A stretch of DNA of 64,000 bases from Candidatus Eiseniibacteriota bacterium (GTDB lineage Bacteria; Eisenbacteria; RBG-16-71-46; CAVPCR01), in NCBI GenBank assembly GCA_963702435.1, contig CAVPCR010000004.1, forward strand, positions 480,001-544,000, given 5' to 3'. Positions 9,062 through 17,256 of the stretch are shown here, in pieces; the stretch's first letter is position 1; each line of letters starts with the position of its first letter. Position numbers and translations under genes: made by a program. The notes beneath the pieces are model-generated. The model was not told the origin of the DNA, did not search any database, and saw only the letters and a program-made list of their open reading frames with translations.

Positions 9062-11505
9062 TGGCAGGCGATCTGGACCTCTTCGCGCGGCTCCGCCCGG
9101 AGCGGGAAGCAGGCTGGGTCGGCTCCTTCCTCGGCGCGCTCACGGCCCACGCCGACTACCGGGGCGAGCTCGTGCACGTGACGCGGCTGCCGGAGCGCGG
9201 CGCGGTGTCCGCCGATCCCGCGCCCCCGCTCCCGCCGCCGCTCACCGAGCTCCTCGCCCGGCTCGAGATTCCACGCCTCTACCGGCACCAGGTGGAGGCG
9301 ATCGCCCGGGCCCGGGCCGGCGAGGACCATGTCCTCCTGACCGGGACCGCGAGCGGGAAGACGCTCGCCTACAACCTCCCGATCCTCGAGACGCTCAGCG
9401 CCGAGCCCGGCGCCACCGCGCTCTACATCTTCCCGACCAAGGCCCTGGCCCAGGATCAGCTCCTCCACCTGAACCGGATCGCCGCGAGCTCGCCGTACTT
9501 CGGCGCGCGCGTCCGCGCCGGGGTCTACGACGGCGACACCAGCCAGCATGCCCGCAAGAAACTGCGCGAGTCAGCGAATCTCATCCTGACCAACCCTGAC
9601 ATGCTGCATCAGGGCATCCTGCCCTATCACACCCGCTTCAACCGCTTCCTCGGCGCGCTCTCGACCATCGTTCTCGACGAGATCCACGTCTATCGCGGGA
9701 TCTTCGGCTCGCAGGTGGCGAACGTCCTCCGCCGCCTTCTCCGGCTGGCCGCGCACTACGGCGCGTCGCCGCGCGTCGTCGCCTCCTCGGCCACGATCGG
9801 AAACGCGGGAGACCTCGCCGGCCGCCTCCTCGGCCGGCCGGTCGCGACGATCGCGGCCGACGGCTCGCCGCGCGGGCGGCGGACGATCGCCTTCTGGAAT
9901 CCCGCTCCGCTCGATCCGGCCGGCTTCATGCGGCGCTCGGCCAACCTGGACGCGGCGCGCCATCTCGCCGATCTCATCGGCCGCGGTGTCGCGACCATCG
10001 CCTTCACCAAGTCCCGAGTCGCCGCCGAGCTGGTCTATCGCTACGCGCGCGAGATGCTCGCCGCGCGCGGCGGCGGTCTCGCCGACCGGCTGTCCCCGTA
10101 TCGCGCCGGGTACCTCCCCGCGGAAAGGCGCGCGATCGAAGCGCGGCTCTTCGCGGGCGAGCTCCTCGGTGTCGTGTCGACCAACGCGCTCGAGCTGGGC
10201 ATCGACGTCGGCGGGCTCGACGCCGCCATCCTCGTCGGCTTCCCGCCGACCATCGCGAGCGCCTGGCAGCAGATCGGGCGCGCCGGGCGCGGCGTGCGCG
10301 AGAGCCTGGCGCTCGTCGTCGCGCACGAGGATCCGATCGACCAGTACCTCGCCCGCCATCCGCGCGCCTTCTTCGCGCGCTCGCCCGAGTGCGCGGTGAT
10401 CGATCCCGAGAACCCCTACATCCTGGCTGGCCACCTCGGTTGCGCGGCGCACGAGCTGCCGCTCGTCGACGCCGATCTCGCCGCCTTCGGGAGCCTGGCG
10501 GTCCCGGTCGCCGATCTCCTCGTCGAGGAAGGGCGCCTCGCCGCGCTCGATGGTCGGCGCTTCTGGTCGCAGCCCGAATCGCCCGCCCACGGGCTGAACC
10601 TGCGCACGATCTCCGATGACACCTACACGATCCAGGAGGCGGCCGGCGACGCTCACGTGATCGGCACGGTGGACGCGATCAGCGGGCTCGAGCTCGTCTA
10701 TCCCGAGGCGGTCTACCTGCACGACGGTGCGAGCTACATCGTGCGCGAGCTCGATCTCGAGCAGAAGATCGCCCTCGTCGAGCGGCGCGAGGTGGACTAC
10801 TACACGCAGCCGGTGCTCGACACGGCGGTGCGCATCCTCGGCGAGAGCGGGCGGCGCGGGCTGGGGGCGGAGCCGCGCGGTGCCGCGTCGGTTCCCGGCG
10901 CGGCGAGCGCCACGCCGGCCGCCAGCATTGCCGGCGCGCGCGCCCCCGTCGCCGCGCTGGGCGATGTCGAGGTGAGCTGGCAGACCGTGGCCATGAAGAA
11001 GATCCGGTTCCGCACCCGCGACGCCATCGGCTATCACCCGCTCGCCCTGCCGCGGCTCACGCTCACGACGCGCGGCATGTGGCTCTGGGTGGGGGAGGAG
11101 GCGCTCGCGCGCGCAAGCCGCGGCGGTTCTCCGTATCCGGCGCTCGGCGGACTACGAAACCTGCTCGTGACCGTGGTCCCGCTCCATGCGATGTGCGATC
11201 CGAGCGACCTCGGCGGGATCATCGACTCGCGGAACCTCGGGCGGCCGGTGATCGTCCTGTTCGATCGCTACCCGGGCGGGCTCGGTTTCGCCGAACAGGC
11301 GTATCAACGCCACGAGGAAATGCTCGCGGCGGCCGCCGAGCTCGCGAGCGACTGCCCCTGTCCGGACGGCTGTCCGGCCTGCGTCGGACTCCCGATCCTG
11401 CGGCCGGCGCAGCAGCAGGACCCGGACCTCGGCCATGGCCAGCCCATCCCGAGCAAGGGCGCCACGTGCGAGCTCCTGCGCGCGCTCGGCGCGCTGGAGA
11501 GCTGA
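9061..11505 (+). CDS. DEAD/DEAH-box helicase with C-terminal DUF1998 (MrfA/YprA/SftH/Hrq1-like)
   Basis: TGTASGKT, PTKALAQDQ, DEIH, SSATI, STNALELGIDVG, QQIGRAGR, and a C-terminal MCDPSD...CPCPDGCPAC four-Cys cluster; ATG overlaps the DUF72 TGA. Confidence 0.92.
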   Translation: MAGDLDLFARLRPEREAGWVGSFLGALTAHADYRGELVHVTRLPERGAVSADPAPPLPPPLTELLARLEIPRLYRHQVEAIARARAGEDHVLLTGTASGKTLAYNLPILETLSAEPGATALYIFPTKALAQDQLLHLNRIAASSPYFGARVRAGVYDGDTSQHARKKLRESANLILTNPDMLHQGILPYHTRFNRFLGALSTIVLDEIHVYRGIFGSQVANVLRRLLRLAAHYGASPRVVASSATIGNAGDLAGRLLGRPVATIAADGSPRGRRTIAFWNPAPLDPAGFMRRSANLDAARHLADLIGRGVATIAFTKSRVAAELVYRYAREMLAARGGGLADRLSPYRAGYLPAERRAIEARLFAGELLGVVSTNALELGIDVGGLDAAILVGFPPTIASAWQQIGRAGRGVRESLALVVAHEDPIDQYLARHPRAFFARSPECAVIDPENPYILAGHLGCAAHELPLVDADLAAFGSLAVPVADLLVEEGRLAALDGRRFWSQPESPAHGLNLRTISDDTYTIQEAAGDAHVIGTVDAISGLELVYPEAVYLHDGASYIVRELDLEQKIALVERREVDYYTQPVLDTAVRILGESGRRGLGAEPRGAASVPGAASATPAASIAGARAPVAALGDVEVSWQTVAMKKIRFRTRDAIGYHPLALPRLTLTTRGMWLWVGEEALARASRGGSPYPALGGLRNLLVTVVPLHAMCDPSDLGGIIDSRNLGRPVIVLFDRYPGGLGFAEQAYQRHEEMLAAAAELASDCPCPDGCPACVGLPILRPAQQQDPDLGHGQPIPSKGATCELLRALGALES

Positions 11506-11507
11506 GC

Positions 11508-12452
11508 GTGGCGGAGGGCCGGCGACCACGACTCGAGGAGCGACTCGGCGCGCTCCTCCGCGAGCGCCGCGCCGCGAGCGCGGCGGCCGGCGGGAGCGTG
11601 GCGGCGGCCGGCGGGAGCGTGGCGGCGGCCGGCGGCGGCGCCGGGCCAGGCGCTCCGGCTCCGCGCCGCGACCGGGCGGAGCTCGCCGGGCTCCTCCCCG
11701 GGACCGAGGTGGAGACCGCATACGGCCCGCTGCACGTGCACGACGTCGTGCACGGGGCCGAGGATCGCGGCTACGCGCGGATCCTCGCCAAGCTGGCCGA
11801 GGCGCACGCGCGGCTCGCCCTCGTCGCTCCCGGCCTCGCCGGCGTCGAATTCGGCGCCATGCAGCAGCATGGGCTCGAGGGGGTATTGCTCCTCGACCTC
11901 GAGACGGCCGGTCTCGCCGGGAATCCGGTCTTCCTCGCCGGGCTCATGACCGTGCACTCGGGCCGTATCCACCTCCGGCAGCTCCTCGCTCGCCACTATC
12001 TCGAGGAGCCTGCGCTCCTCGCCGCGGTGGCGCCGGCGGTGCGCGATCATCCGCTCCTCGTCACGTACAACGGGAAGGCCTTCGACGTGCCGATGCTCGT
12101 CGATCGTGCCTGCCGCCATCGCATCCCCTTCGCTCCACCGCCGGTGCATCTCGATCTCCTGCACCACGCGCGGCGCGCCTATCGGGGTCGGGCGCCGAAC
12201 ATGAAGCTCACGACGCTCGAGTGGCTCGTCTGCGAGCGACGGCGCTTCGGCGACGTGCCGGGGCGGGAGATCCCGGGGCTCTTCCATCGATTCGCGCGGG
12301 ACGGTGATCCGACGGCGATGACCGCTGTCCTCCATCACAATGCACTGGATCTCGTCACCCTGGCGGAGCTCCTCGCCCATCTGGTGCCGTATCCGCCGGG
12401 CCGGCGTTTCGTGCCCGACGAGCCGGAGATCGCCGCCGTCTTCGGCGCGTGA
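11508..12452 (+). CDS. YprB/MrfB-like RNase H-fold (DEDDh) exonuclease
   Basis: LLDLETAGL, TYNGKAFDVPML, HLDLLH, HNALD; GTG start 2 nt after the helicase stop. Confidence 0.88.
   Translation: MAEGRRPRLEERLGALLRERRAASAAAGGSVAAAGGSVAAAGGGAGPGAPAPRRDRAELAGLLPGTEVETAYGPLHVHDVVHGAEDRGYARILAKLAEAHARLALVAPGLAGVEFGAMQQHGLEGVLLLDLETAGLAGNPVFLAGLMTVHSGRIHLRQLLARHYLEEPALLAAVAPAVRDHPLLVTYNGKAFDVPMLVDRACRHRIPFAPPPVHLDLLHHARRAYRGRAPNMKLTTLEWLVCERRRFGDVPGREIPGLFHRFARDGDPTAMTAVLHHNALDLVTLAELLAHLVPYPPGRRFVPDEPEIAAVFGA
11580..11635 (+). repeat. In-frame 21-bp tandem repeat encoding AAAGGSV
   Basis: GCGGCGGCCGGCGGGAGCGTG repeated about 2.6 times in the exonuclease N-terminal linker. Confidence 0.8.
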
Positions 12453-12686
12453 TCGGCCCCGGGGGAGCGAGTGCGTGCTCCGGCCAGCGCCCCGCCCCGG
12501 CACGCACCCCGACGGGCATGGGCGACGCGCACACGACCACCTGTCGGTGCGCCGACGTGCCCGGCGCGAGTCGGTGCTCATGCGCCGCCCGCCGCGCACG
12601 CGACGGCGGGGGCCAGGCGCTCCGTCCCGCTCGGTGCTCCGTTGGCGCACCCCTTGCATTCTCGTGCGCCGCGTACGGACACTTGT

Positions 12687-12746
12687 GGCGGCGGCTCCGG
12701 GATCGGACCCCTTCCGGGGTCGGGGGTCCGGTCTGGAGCCGCCGCC
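12687..12746. repeat. Long imperfect inverted repeat (about 60-nt hairpin)
   Basis: GGCGGCGGCTCCGGGATCGGACCCC ... GGGGTCCGGTCTGGAGCCGCCGCC pair with G-U pairs and one bulge. Confidence 0.75.
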
Positions 12747-12776
12747 GCTCTTCTTCGCGCCGCGCGCCGCTGCCCC

Positions 12777-12853
12777 GCGCCACGCGCCGCCATGCGACCC
12801 ACCCGCCGCGCCACGCACCGCCATGCGACCCACCAGCGGCGCCACGCGCCGCC
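12777..12853. repeat. 31-bp tandem repeat, about 2.5 copies
   Basis: GCGCCACGCRCCGCCATGCGACCCACCMGCS units start at 12777, 12808 and 12839 (partial). Confidence 0.85.
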
Positions 12854-12893
12854 GCATCTCCTCAGCATCCTCGCGCGCGGTCCCCTCTCGCAG

Positions 12894-12923
12894 TTGACCC
12901 GCTCGCCGGCTGCATGCTAGCTT
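12894..12923 (+). promoter_or_regulatory. Candidate sigma70-type promoter
   Basis: TTGACC-18 nt-TAGCTT with extended -10 TG, upstream of the winged-helix gene. Confidence 0.45.
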
Positions 12924-13085
12924 CCGTCACCTGTTGTTTCCGTCGAGTCCGCGTGCATCAGGGCGAGAGGGTCGCCCGCGAGTGCGCGGGCGCGCTCTTT
13001 CGCATGTTCCCATTGGACGGCCGGATGGCACCGAGGGCTCGGGACGCCGCGGCCATCTGCCCTGCTGAGGAGGAAGGTGATCGTG

Positions 13086-13301
13086 ATGATCGATCAGATC
13101 GGTCTTGCTGCAGGAGAGGTCTATCAGACCATCGAGAAGGAAGGGGGCATCGCCTCGCTGGCCAAGGTCCGTGAGAAGACCGGTCTCGATACCGAGACCG
13201 CACTGATGGCGCTCGGGTGGCTAGCGCGAGAGGACAAGATCGCCATGGAGCGGCGCGGGCGTAGCCTGCGCATCTCGCTCGTCGCAGTGCGCGCGTTCTA
13301 G
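13086..13301 (+). CDS. Small winged helix-turn-helix protein (DUF2582-like)
   Basis: IGLAAGEVY...MALGWLAREDKI signature; GAGGAGG RBS; alternative GTG start at 13077. Confidence 0.85.
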   Translation: MIDQIGLAAGEVYQTIEKEGGIASLAKVREKTGLDTETALMALGWLAREDKIAMERRGRSLRISLVAVRAF

Positions 13302-13347
13302 AGCTCCGTAGCCTCGAGTGCGGTCCAGGCTCTCGCTCAGAAGGAGC

Positions 13348-13376
13348 TTGACCGGACCGTGCGGTCGTGTTAACGT
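13348..13376 (+). promoter_or_regulatory. Sigma70-type promoter for the cold-shock gene
   Basis: TTGACC-17 nt-TAACGT with extended -10 TG, about 240 nt before the csp start. Confidence 0.65.
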
Positions 13377-13381
13377 CAGGC

Positions 13382-13616
13382 GTGCGGTGGTGAGGATATG
13401 GAGTCCGCACTTGAGGCCGCAGCCGACGGAAGTAAGTTGCAGTTGCAGTTGCAGTTCTTCAATTCCACCATCGATGTCGGGGCCTTTCTCCGCCACGGGG
13501 AAGGCCCCCTTCTGTTTCCCTTCTCGCCGCCGCGGACGTGACCAGGAGTCGCACCGCGGCGACGGCATTGAACGCGGTCCCGCTCCACTCTCTTCCGGTC
13601 ACAGGAGGACCCGCTC
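13382..13616 (+). promoter_or_regulatory. Long structured 5' leader of the cold-shock gene with an internal terminator-like hairpin
   Basis: (AGTTGC)x3.5 at 13435-13456; hairpin GGGGCCTTTCTCC-GCCAC-GGGGAAGGCCCC at 13479-13508 followed by CTTCTGTTT; RBS AGGAGG before GTG. Confidence 0.5.
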
Positions 13617-13820
13617 GTGAGATCCCATGGCAGCGTCAAGTGGTTCAATGAGGCCAAGGGCTACGGCTTCATCAAGATCGAGACCGGCGACGATGTCTTC
13701 GTGCACTACTCGGCTATCCAGTGCGACGGCTTCAAGACCCTGGCCGAAGGCCAGGAGGTCGAGTTCGATCTGGTGGAGGGGCAGAAAGGCAAGCAGGCCG
13801 CCAACGTGATCAAGGTCTGA
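13617..13820 (+). CDS. Cold-shock protein (CspA family)
   Basis: [15 protein letters not shown] (RNP1), DVFVHYSAI (RNP2), [13 protein letters not shown]. Confidence 0.97.
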   Translation: MRSHGSVKWFNEAKGYGFIKIETGDDVFVHYSAIQCDGFKTLAEGQEVEFDLVEGQKGKQAANVIKV

Positions 13821-13868
13821 GTTCTCCCCGATCAGACGGTGAACCCGGCCGATGCCGGGGTGCCATCT

Positions 13869-13902
13869 GCGAGGCCCGGTGGGCACCCCCACCGGGCCTC
13901 GC
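13869..13902 (+). terminator. GC-rich hairpin downstream of csp
   Basis: GCGAGGCCCGGTGGG-CACC-CCCACCGGGCCTCGC perfect 15-bp stem; no U-tract. Confidence 0.5.
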
Positions 13903-14086
13903 CGCGTCATGGGCCGGGCCCGCAGGCGCGGGAGGTGCCCATCGCGAGGCGCCGTTCGGGCGCGCGGGGGCGCGCTCTGGCGCGGGTGGTCCGCGGTCGG
14001 GCTCCGGGCGCCGGGACTCCCGGCGTTTCCGCTGGAGCGGCGAAGGAGTACAGTGGTGACCACGGTATCCAACGAGCGAGGTCGCC

Positions 14087-15316
14087 ATGGTGAAGGATGA
14101 ATCCGCAGAAGTGACCGGGGGGCTCGGGCGCGGGCACGGGCGGGCTCTCAAGTCGATCGGCGAACGGGCCGCAGTCGCCGAGGTCGTGAACCGTCTCGGT
14201 GCCGCGCTGGCGCCGCCGACCGGCGCCGCGCCGGGAACCGGAAGCGACGCCCGCGTTGGTCCCGATCTGGCAGCCGTGCTCGTCGGGCCGGGAGATGATG
14301 CGGCGGCCTTGTGCCTTCCGGCCGGAGAGGCCGCAATCGTCACCACGGACTCGCTGGTCGAAGGCGTGCATTTCGAGCGCGCGTGGACGACGCCGGCCGA
14401 TCTCGGGTTCAAGCTCATCCAGAGCGCGGCGAGCGACATCGGAGCGATGGGCGGGCGGCCGCTGGCTGCGGTGGTCGCGGTGTCGGCGCCGCCCGCGCTC
14501 CTCGAGAGCGAGCTCCTCGCCATGACCGGTGGCATGCTCGAGGCCGCCGAACGCCACCGGTTCCTCGTGCTCGGCGGGGATACCACCTCGTCCCCGCATC
14601 TCGTCCTCACCGCCACCGTGCTCGGCGCCGCCGGGCCCGCGGCGATCCGCCGTCGGAGCGGCGCCAAGCCGGGTGACCGGCTCCTCGTCACCGGCGAGCT
14701 CGGCGATGCGGCGGCCGGGCTCAGCATTCTCCGCGCGCTCTCGGCGCTCGAGCCGGCGCCGACACATGCCACGCATGCGTGGCTGCGGACGGCGAGCCCG
14801 CTTGCCGATCTCGAGCGGCGCCTGGCGGCGCGCCATCTCGTGCCGCGCGCGGACAGCCCGGAGGCGCTTGCCTTCACCGGTGCCGTGCGCCGGTTCCTCC
14901 GCCCGGCGCCGCCGATCGAGGCCGGGCCCGTCGCCGCGGCCGCGGGAGCGAGCGCGCTCATCGACATCTCGGACGGCCTGGCCTCGGAGCTCTTCCTGAT
15001 CGCCGAGGCGAGCGGCGTCGGCCTCGTGCTCGAGGAGTCGGCGGTGCCGATCGGGGCGGGGGCGCGCCGCCTCGCGCTCGAGCGCGGCGAGGATCCGCTC
15101 GCGCTCGCGCTTGGCGGCGGCGAGGACTACGAACTCCTGATGACCGCGCCGGCGGACCGCGTGCATGACCTCATCGCGGCGCTCGCCGAGATCGGCGTGC
15201 GCGCAACACTGATCGGCGAGATCGTGCGCCATGAGTTCGGGCGCAATGTGCATGCGCCGGGGCGGCCGCCGCGCCCGCTCGCGCCCGGCGGGTTCGAGCA
15301 CTTCCGCGGAGCGTAG
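14087..15316 (+). CDS. thiL: Thiamine-monophosphate kinase
   Basis: GPGDDAA, TTDSLVEGVHF, SDIGAMGG, LGGDT, IDISDGL, GGEDYELL, GFEHF. Confidence 0.93.
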   Translation: MVKDESAEVTGGLGRGHGRALKSIGERAAVAEVVNRLGAALAPPTGAAPGTGSDARVGPDLAAVLVGPGDDAAALCLPAGEAAIVTTDSLVEGVHFERAWTTPADLGFKLIQSAASDIGAMGGRPLAAVVAVSAPPALLESELLAMTGGMLEAAERHRFLVLGGDTTSSPHLVLTATVLGAAGPAAIRRRSGAKPGDRLLVTGELGDAAAGLSILRALSALEPAPTHATHAWLRTASPLADLERRLAARHLVPRADSPEALAFTGAVRRFLRPAPPIEAGPVAAAAGASALIDISDGLASELFLIAEASGVGLVLEESAVPIGAGARRLALERGEDPLALALGGGEDYELLMTAPADRVHDLIAALAEIGVRATLIGEIVRHEFGRNVHAPGRPPRPLAPGGFEHFRGA

Positions 15317-15348
15317 ACTCCAGACCGGTCCACGGATCGAACGCGCGA

Positions 15349-15519
15349 TTACTGGGCGCGAACGATGCGCCCCGACACGCGATGGTTCATGTCCTCGAGC
15401 GCCAGGTAGTAGACGCCGCGGGCGACGAGGAGTCCGGACGCATCGCGCCCATCCCAGACGGGCGCGCGCCCCCCAGGTGACGTGCCGGCCGGTACCCCGA
15501 GCTCCCGCACGAAGGGCAC
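15349..15519 (-). pseudogene. Orphan fragment of a FlgD Ig-like C-terminal domain
   Basis: Reads ...GRRVPFVRELGV...VWDGRDASGLLVARGVYYLALED...SGRIVRAQ*, resembling the tail of the 1..1233 protein; no upstream domain or clear RBS. Confidence 0.55.
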
Positions 15520-15547
15520 GCGGCGGCCCGCCTGGCAGTGGCGATCC

Positions 15548-16318
15548 TCACTCCTCGCCGCTGTCGCGGCCGAGGAAGCGCTGCGAGAGCTCGCTCCGGA
15601 GGGCCCCCGCATCCAGGCGGCGGATGAGCCGGCTGTCCGACGCGATCGAGATCGCGCCGGTCTCCTCCGACACGACAACGACCACCGCGTCGGTCTCCTC
15701 GGCAAGGCCCAGGGCGGCGCGGTGCCTGGTGCCGATCGCCTGCGAGAGGCGCGGATTCTGGGACAGGGGCAGGATGCAGCCGGCGGCGACGACGCGGTCT
15801 CCGTGGATGATGACCGCGCCGTCATGCAGCGTTGTGTGCGGCGTGAAGATGGTGAGGAGGAGCTCGGCGGTGACCGCCGCATCGAGGCGGGTGCCGGTCT
15901 CGACGTAGTTGCGAAGGCCCATCGTGCGCTCGAGCACGATGAGGCCGCCGATCCGTTCCTCGGACATCGCCTCGACTGCCTTCACGATCTCGCCGAGCAC
16001 GGCGAAGCGCGTGCCGGTGACGAGCGGCGCGAAGAACCGGCTCTGTCCGATCTGGGCGAGACCGCGCCGGAGCTCCGGCTGGAAGAGGACCAGGAACGCC
16101 ACGACCCATACGGTCTTCAGGTTCGAGATCAACCACTTGAGCCCGCCGAGATCCAGCCAGTCGGCGGTGATCGCGAGCAGGATGATGGTGAGGAGGCCGA
16201 CGAACATCTGAACGGCGCGGGTGCCGCGGATGAGGAGGAGCAGGCGGTAGATGAGGATGGAGAGGAGCGCGATGTCGATCGCGACGAAGAGCCAGTGGAG
16301 GCCGAAGACCTGGCTCAT
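15548..16318 (-). CDS. cdaA: Diadenylate cyclase CdaA
   Basis: Three N-terminal TM segments, LIRGTRAVQ, FQPELRRGL, HDGA and GTRHRAA catalytic motifs, VSEETG. Confidence 0.93.
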   Translation of the reverse strand: MSQVFGLHWLFVAIDIALLSILIYRLLLLIRGTRAVQMFVGLLTIILLAITADWLDLGGLKWLISNLKTVWVVAFLVLFQPELRRGLAQIGQSRFFAPLVTGTRFAVLGEIVKAVEAMSEERIGGLIVLERTMGLRNYVETGTRLDAAVTAELLLTIFTPHTTLHDGAVIIHGDRVVAAGCILPLSQNPRLSQAIGTRHRAALGLAEETDAVVVVVSEETGAISIASDSRLIRRLDAGALRSELSQRFLGRDSGEE

Positions 16319-17256
16319 GCGCCCCGCTCCGTGCCGCCCGCCCCGGCAGCGCCGCTCGCGCGCATGGAGCCCGCCGCGCCGATGTCCCCCGCCGCGCGCA
16401 CGGCGCCGGCGATCCTGACCGCACGCACGGTGGCCCGCACGTCGTGGGCGCGGATCACGTGTGCGCCGGCGAGGACCGCGGCGACCGCGGCGGCGAGACT
16501 GCCCTCGAGCCGATCGTCGACCTCGACGTCGAGGAGCTTCCCGATGAACGACTTGCGCGAAGCGCCGATCAGGATCGGTTGCCCCAGCGTCGCGAGCTCG
16601 CCGAGGCGCGCGAGGAGCACGAGGTTCCCCTCGACGCTCTTCCCGAACCCGATGCCCGGATCGATGAGGATCCGCTCGCGGGGGACGCCGGCCGCGGCGG
16701 CGCGCGCGACCGCGCGGGCGAGGTGAGCGCGCACCTCGCCGACGAGGTCCTCGTAGCGCGTGTCGGCCTGCATGGTCTCCGGCGTGCCGCGCATGTGCAT
16801 CACGACGAGGCCGAGACCGTGCGCGGCCGCGACTCGGGCGAGCCCGTCCGACGCGGCGAGCGCCGTCACGTCGTTCAGGCAGTCGGCGCCGAGATCCGCG
16901 GCGGCGGCCGCCACCTCCGGGCGGTAGGTATCGATCGAGAGAGGGAGATCGACGGCGACGCGCACCGCCGCGAGCGCGGGGAGGAGGCGGTGCATCTCCT
17001 CGTCCGCCGAGACCGGGGCAGCGCCGGGCCGCGTGCTCACGGCGCCGAGATCGAGGAGGTCCGCGCCCTCTGAGGCGAGGGCGAGCGCGCGCTCGCGCGC
17101 GGCGGCCGGAGTGGGCACGAGCCCGCCGTCCGAGAACGAGTCGGGCGTCAGGTTCAGGATGCCCATGACCAGCGGGCGGTCGAGATCCAGCTCGCGCCCG
17201 CGGAGGTCGAGCTTCAGGCTAGGTCCCGGTCGACTCCCGGGCGCGGCTCGGCTCAT
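16315..17256 (-). CDS. folP: Dihydropteroate synthase
   Basis: [45 protein letters not shown]; exact start uncertain. Confidence 0.93.
   Translation of the reverse strand: MSRAAPGSRPGPSLKLDLRGRELDLDRPLVMGILNLTPDSFSDGGLVPTPAAARERALALASEGADLLDLGAVSTRPGAAPVSADEEMHRLLPALAAVRVAVDLPLSIDTYRPEVAAAAADLGADCLNDVTALAASDGLARVAAAHGLGLVVMHMRGTPETMQADTRYEDLVGEVRAHLARAVARAAAAGVPRERILIDPGIGFGKSVEGNLVLLARLGELATLGQPILIGASRKSFIGKLLDVEVDDRLEGSLAAAVAAVLAGAHVIRAHDVRATVRAVRIAGAVRAAGDIGAAGSMRASGAAGAGGTERGA

Noticed and set aside
9061..11505. DUF1998 helicase as part of a DISARM or Druantia defence system
   Set aside because: No methylase, phospholipase D or other defence genes; the DinB and YprB-like neighbours point to repair.
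12777..12853. 31-bp repeats as a mini CRISPR array
   Set aside because: Copies are directly adjacent with no spacers, and no cas genes are present.
12449..13174. 241-aa ORF overlapping the exonuclease stop as a fifth operon gene
   Set aside because: Arg/Ala/Pro/Cys-rich low-complexity translation that crosses hairpins and repeats and overlaps the real wHTH gene out of frame.
13821..14086. TPP riboswitch upstream of thiL
   Set aside because: The conserved CTGAGA and ACCTGAT cores are not visible.
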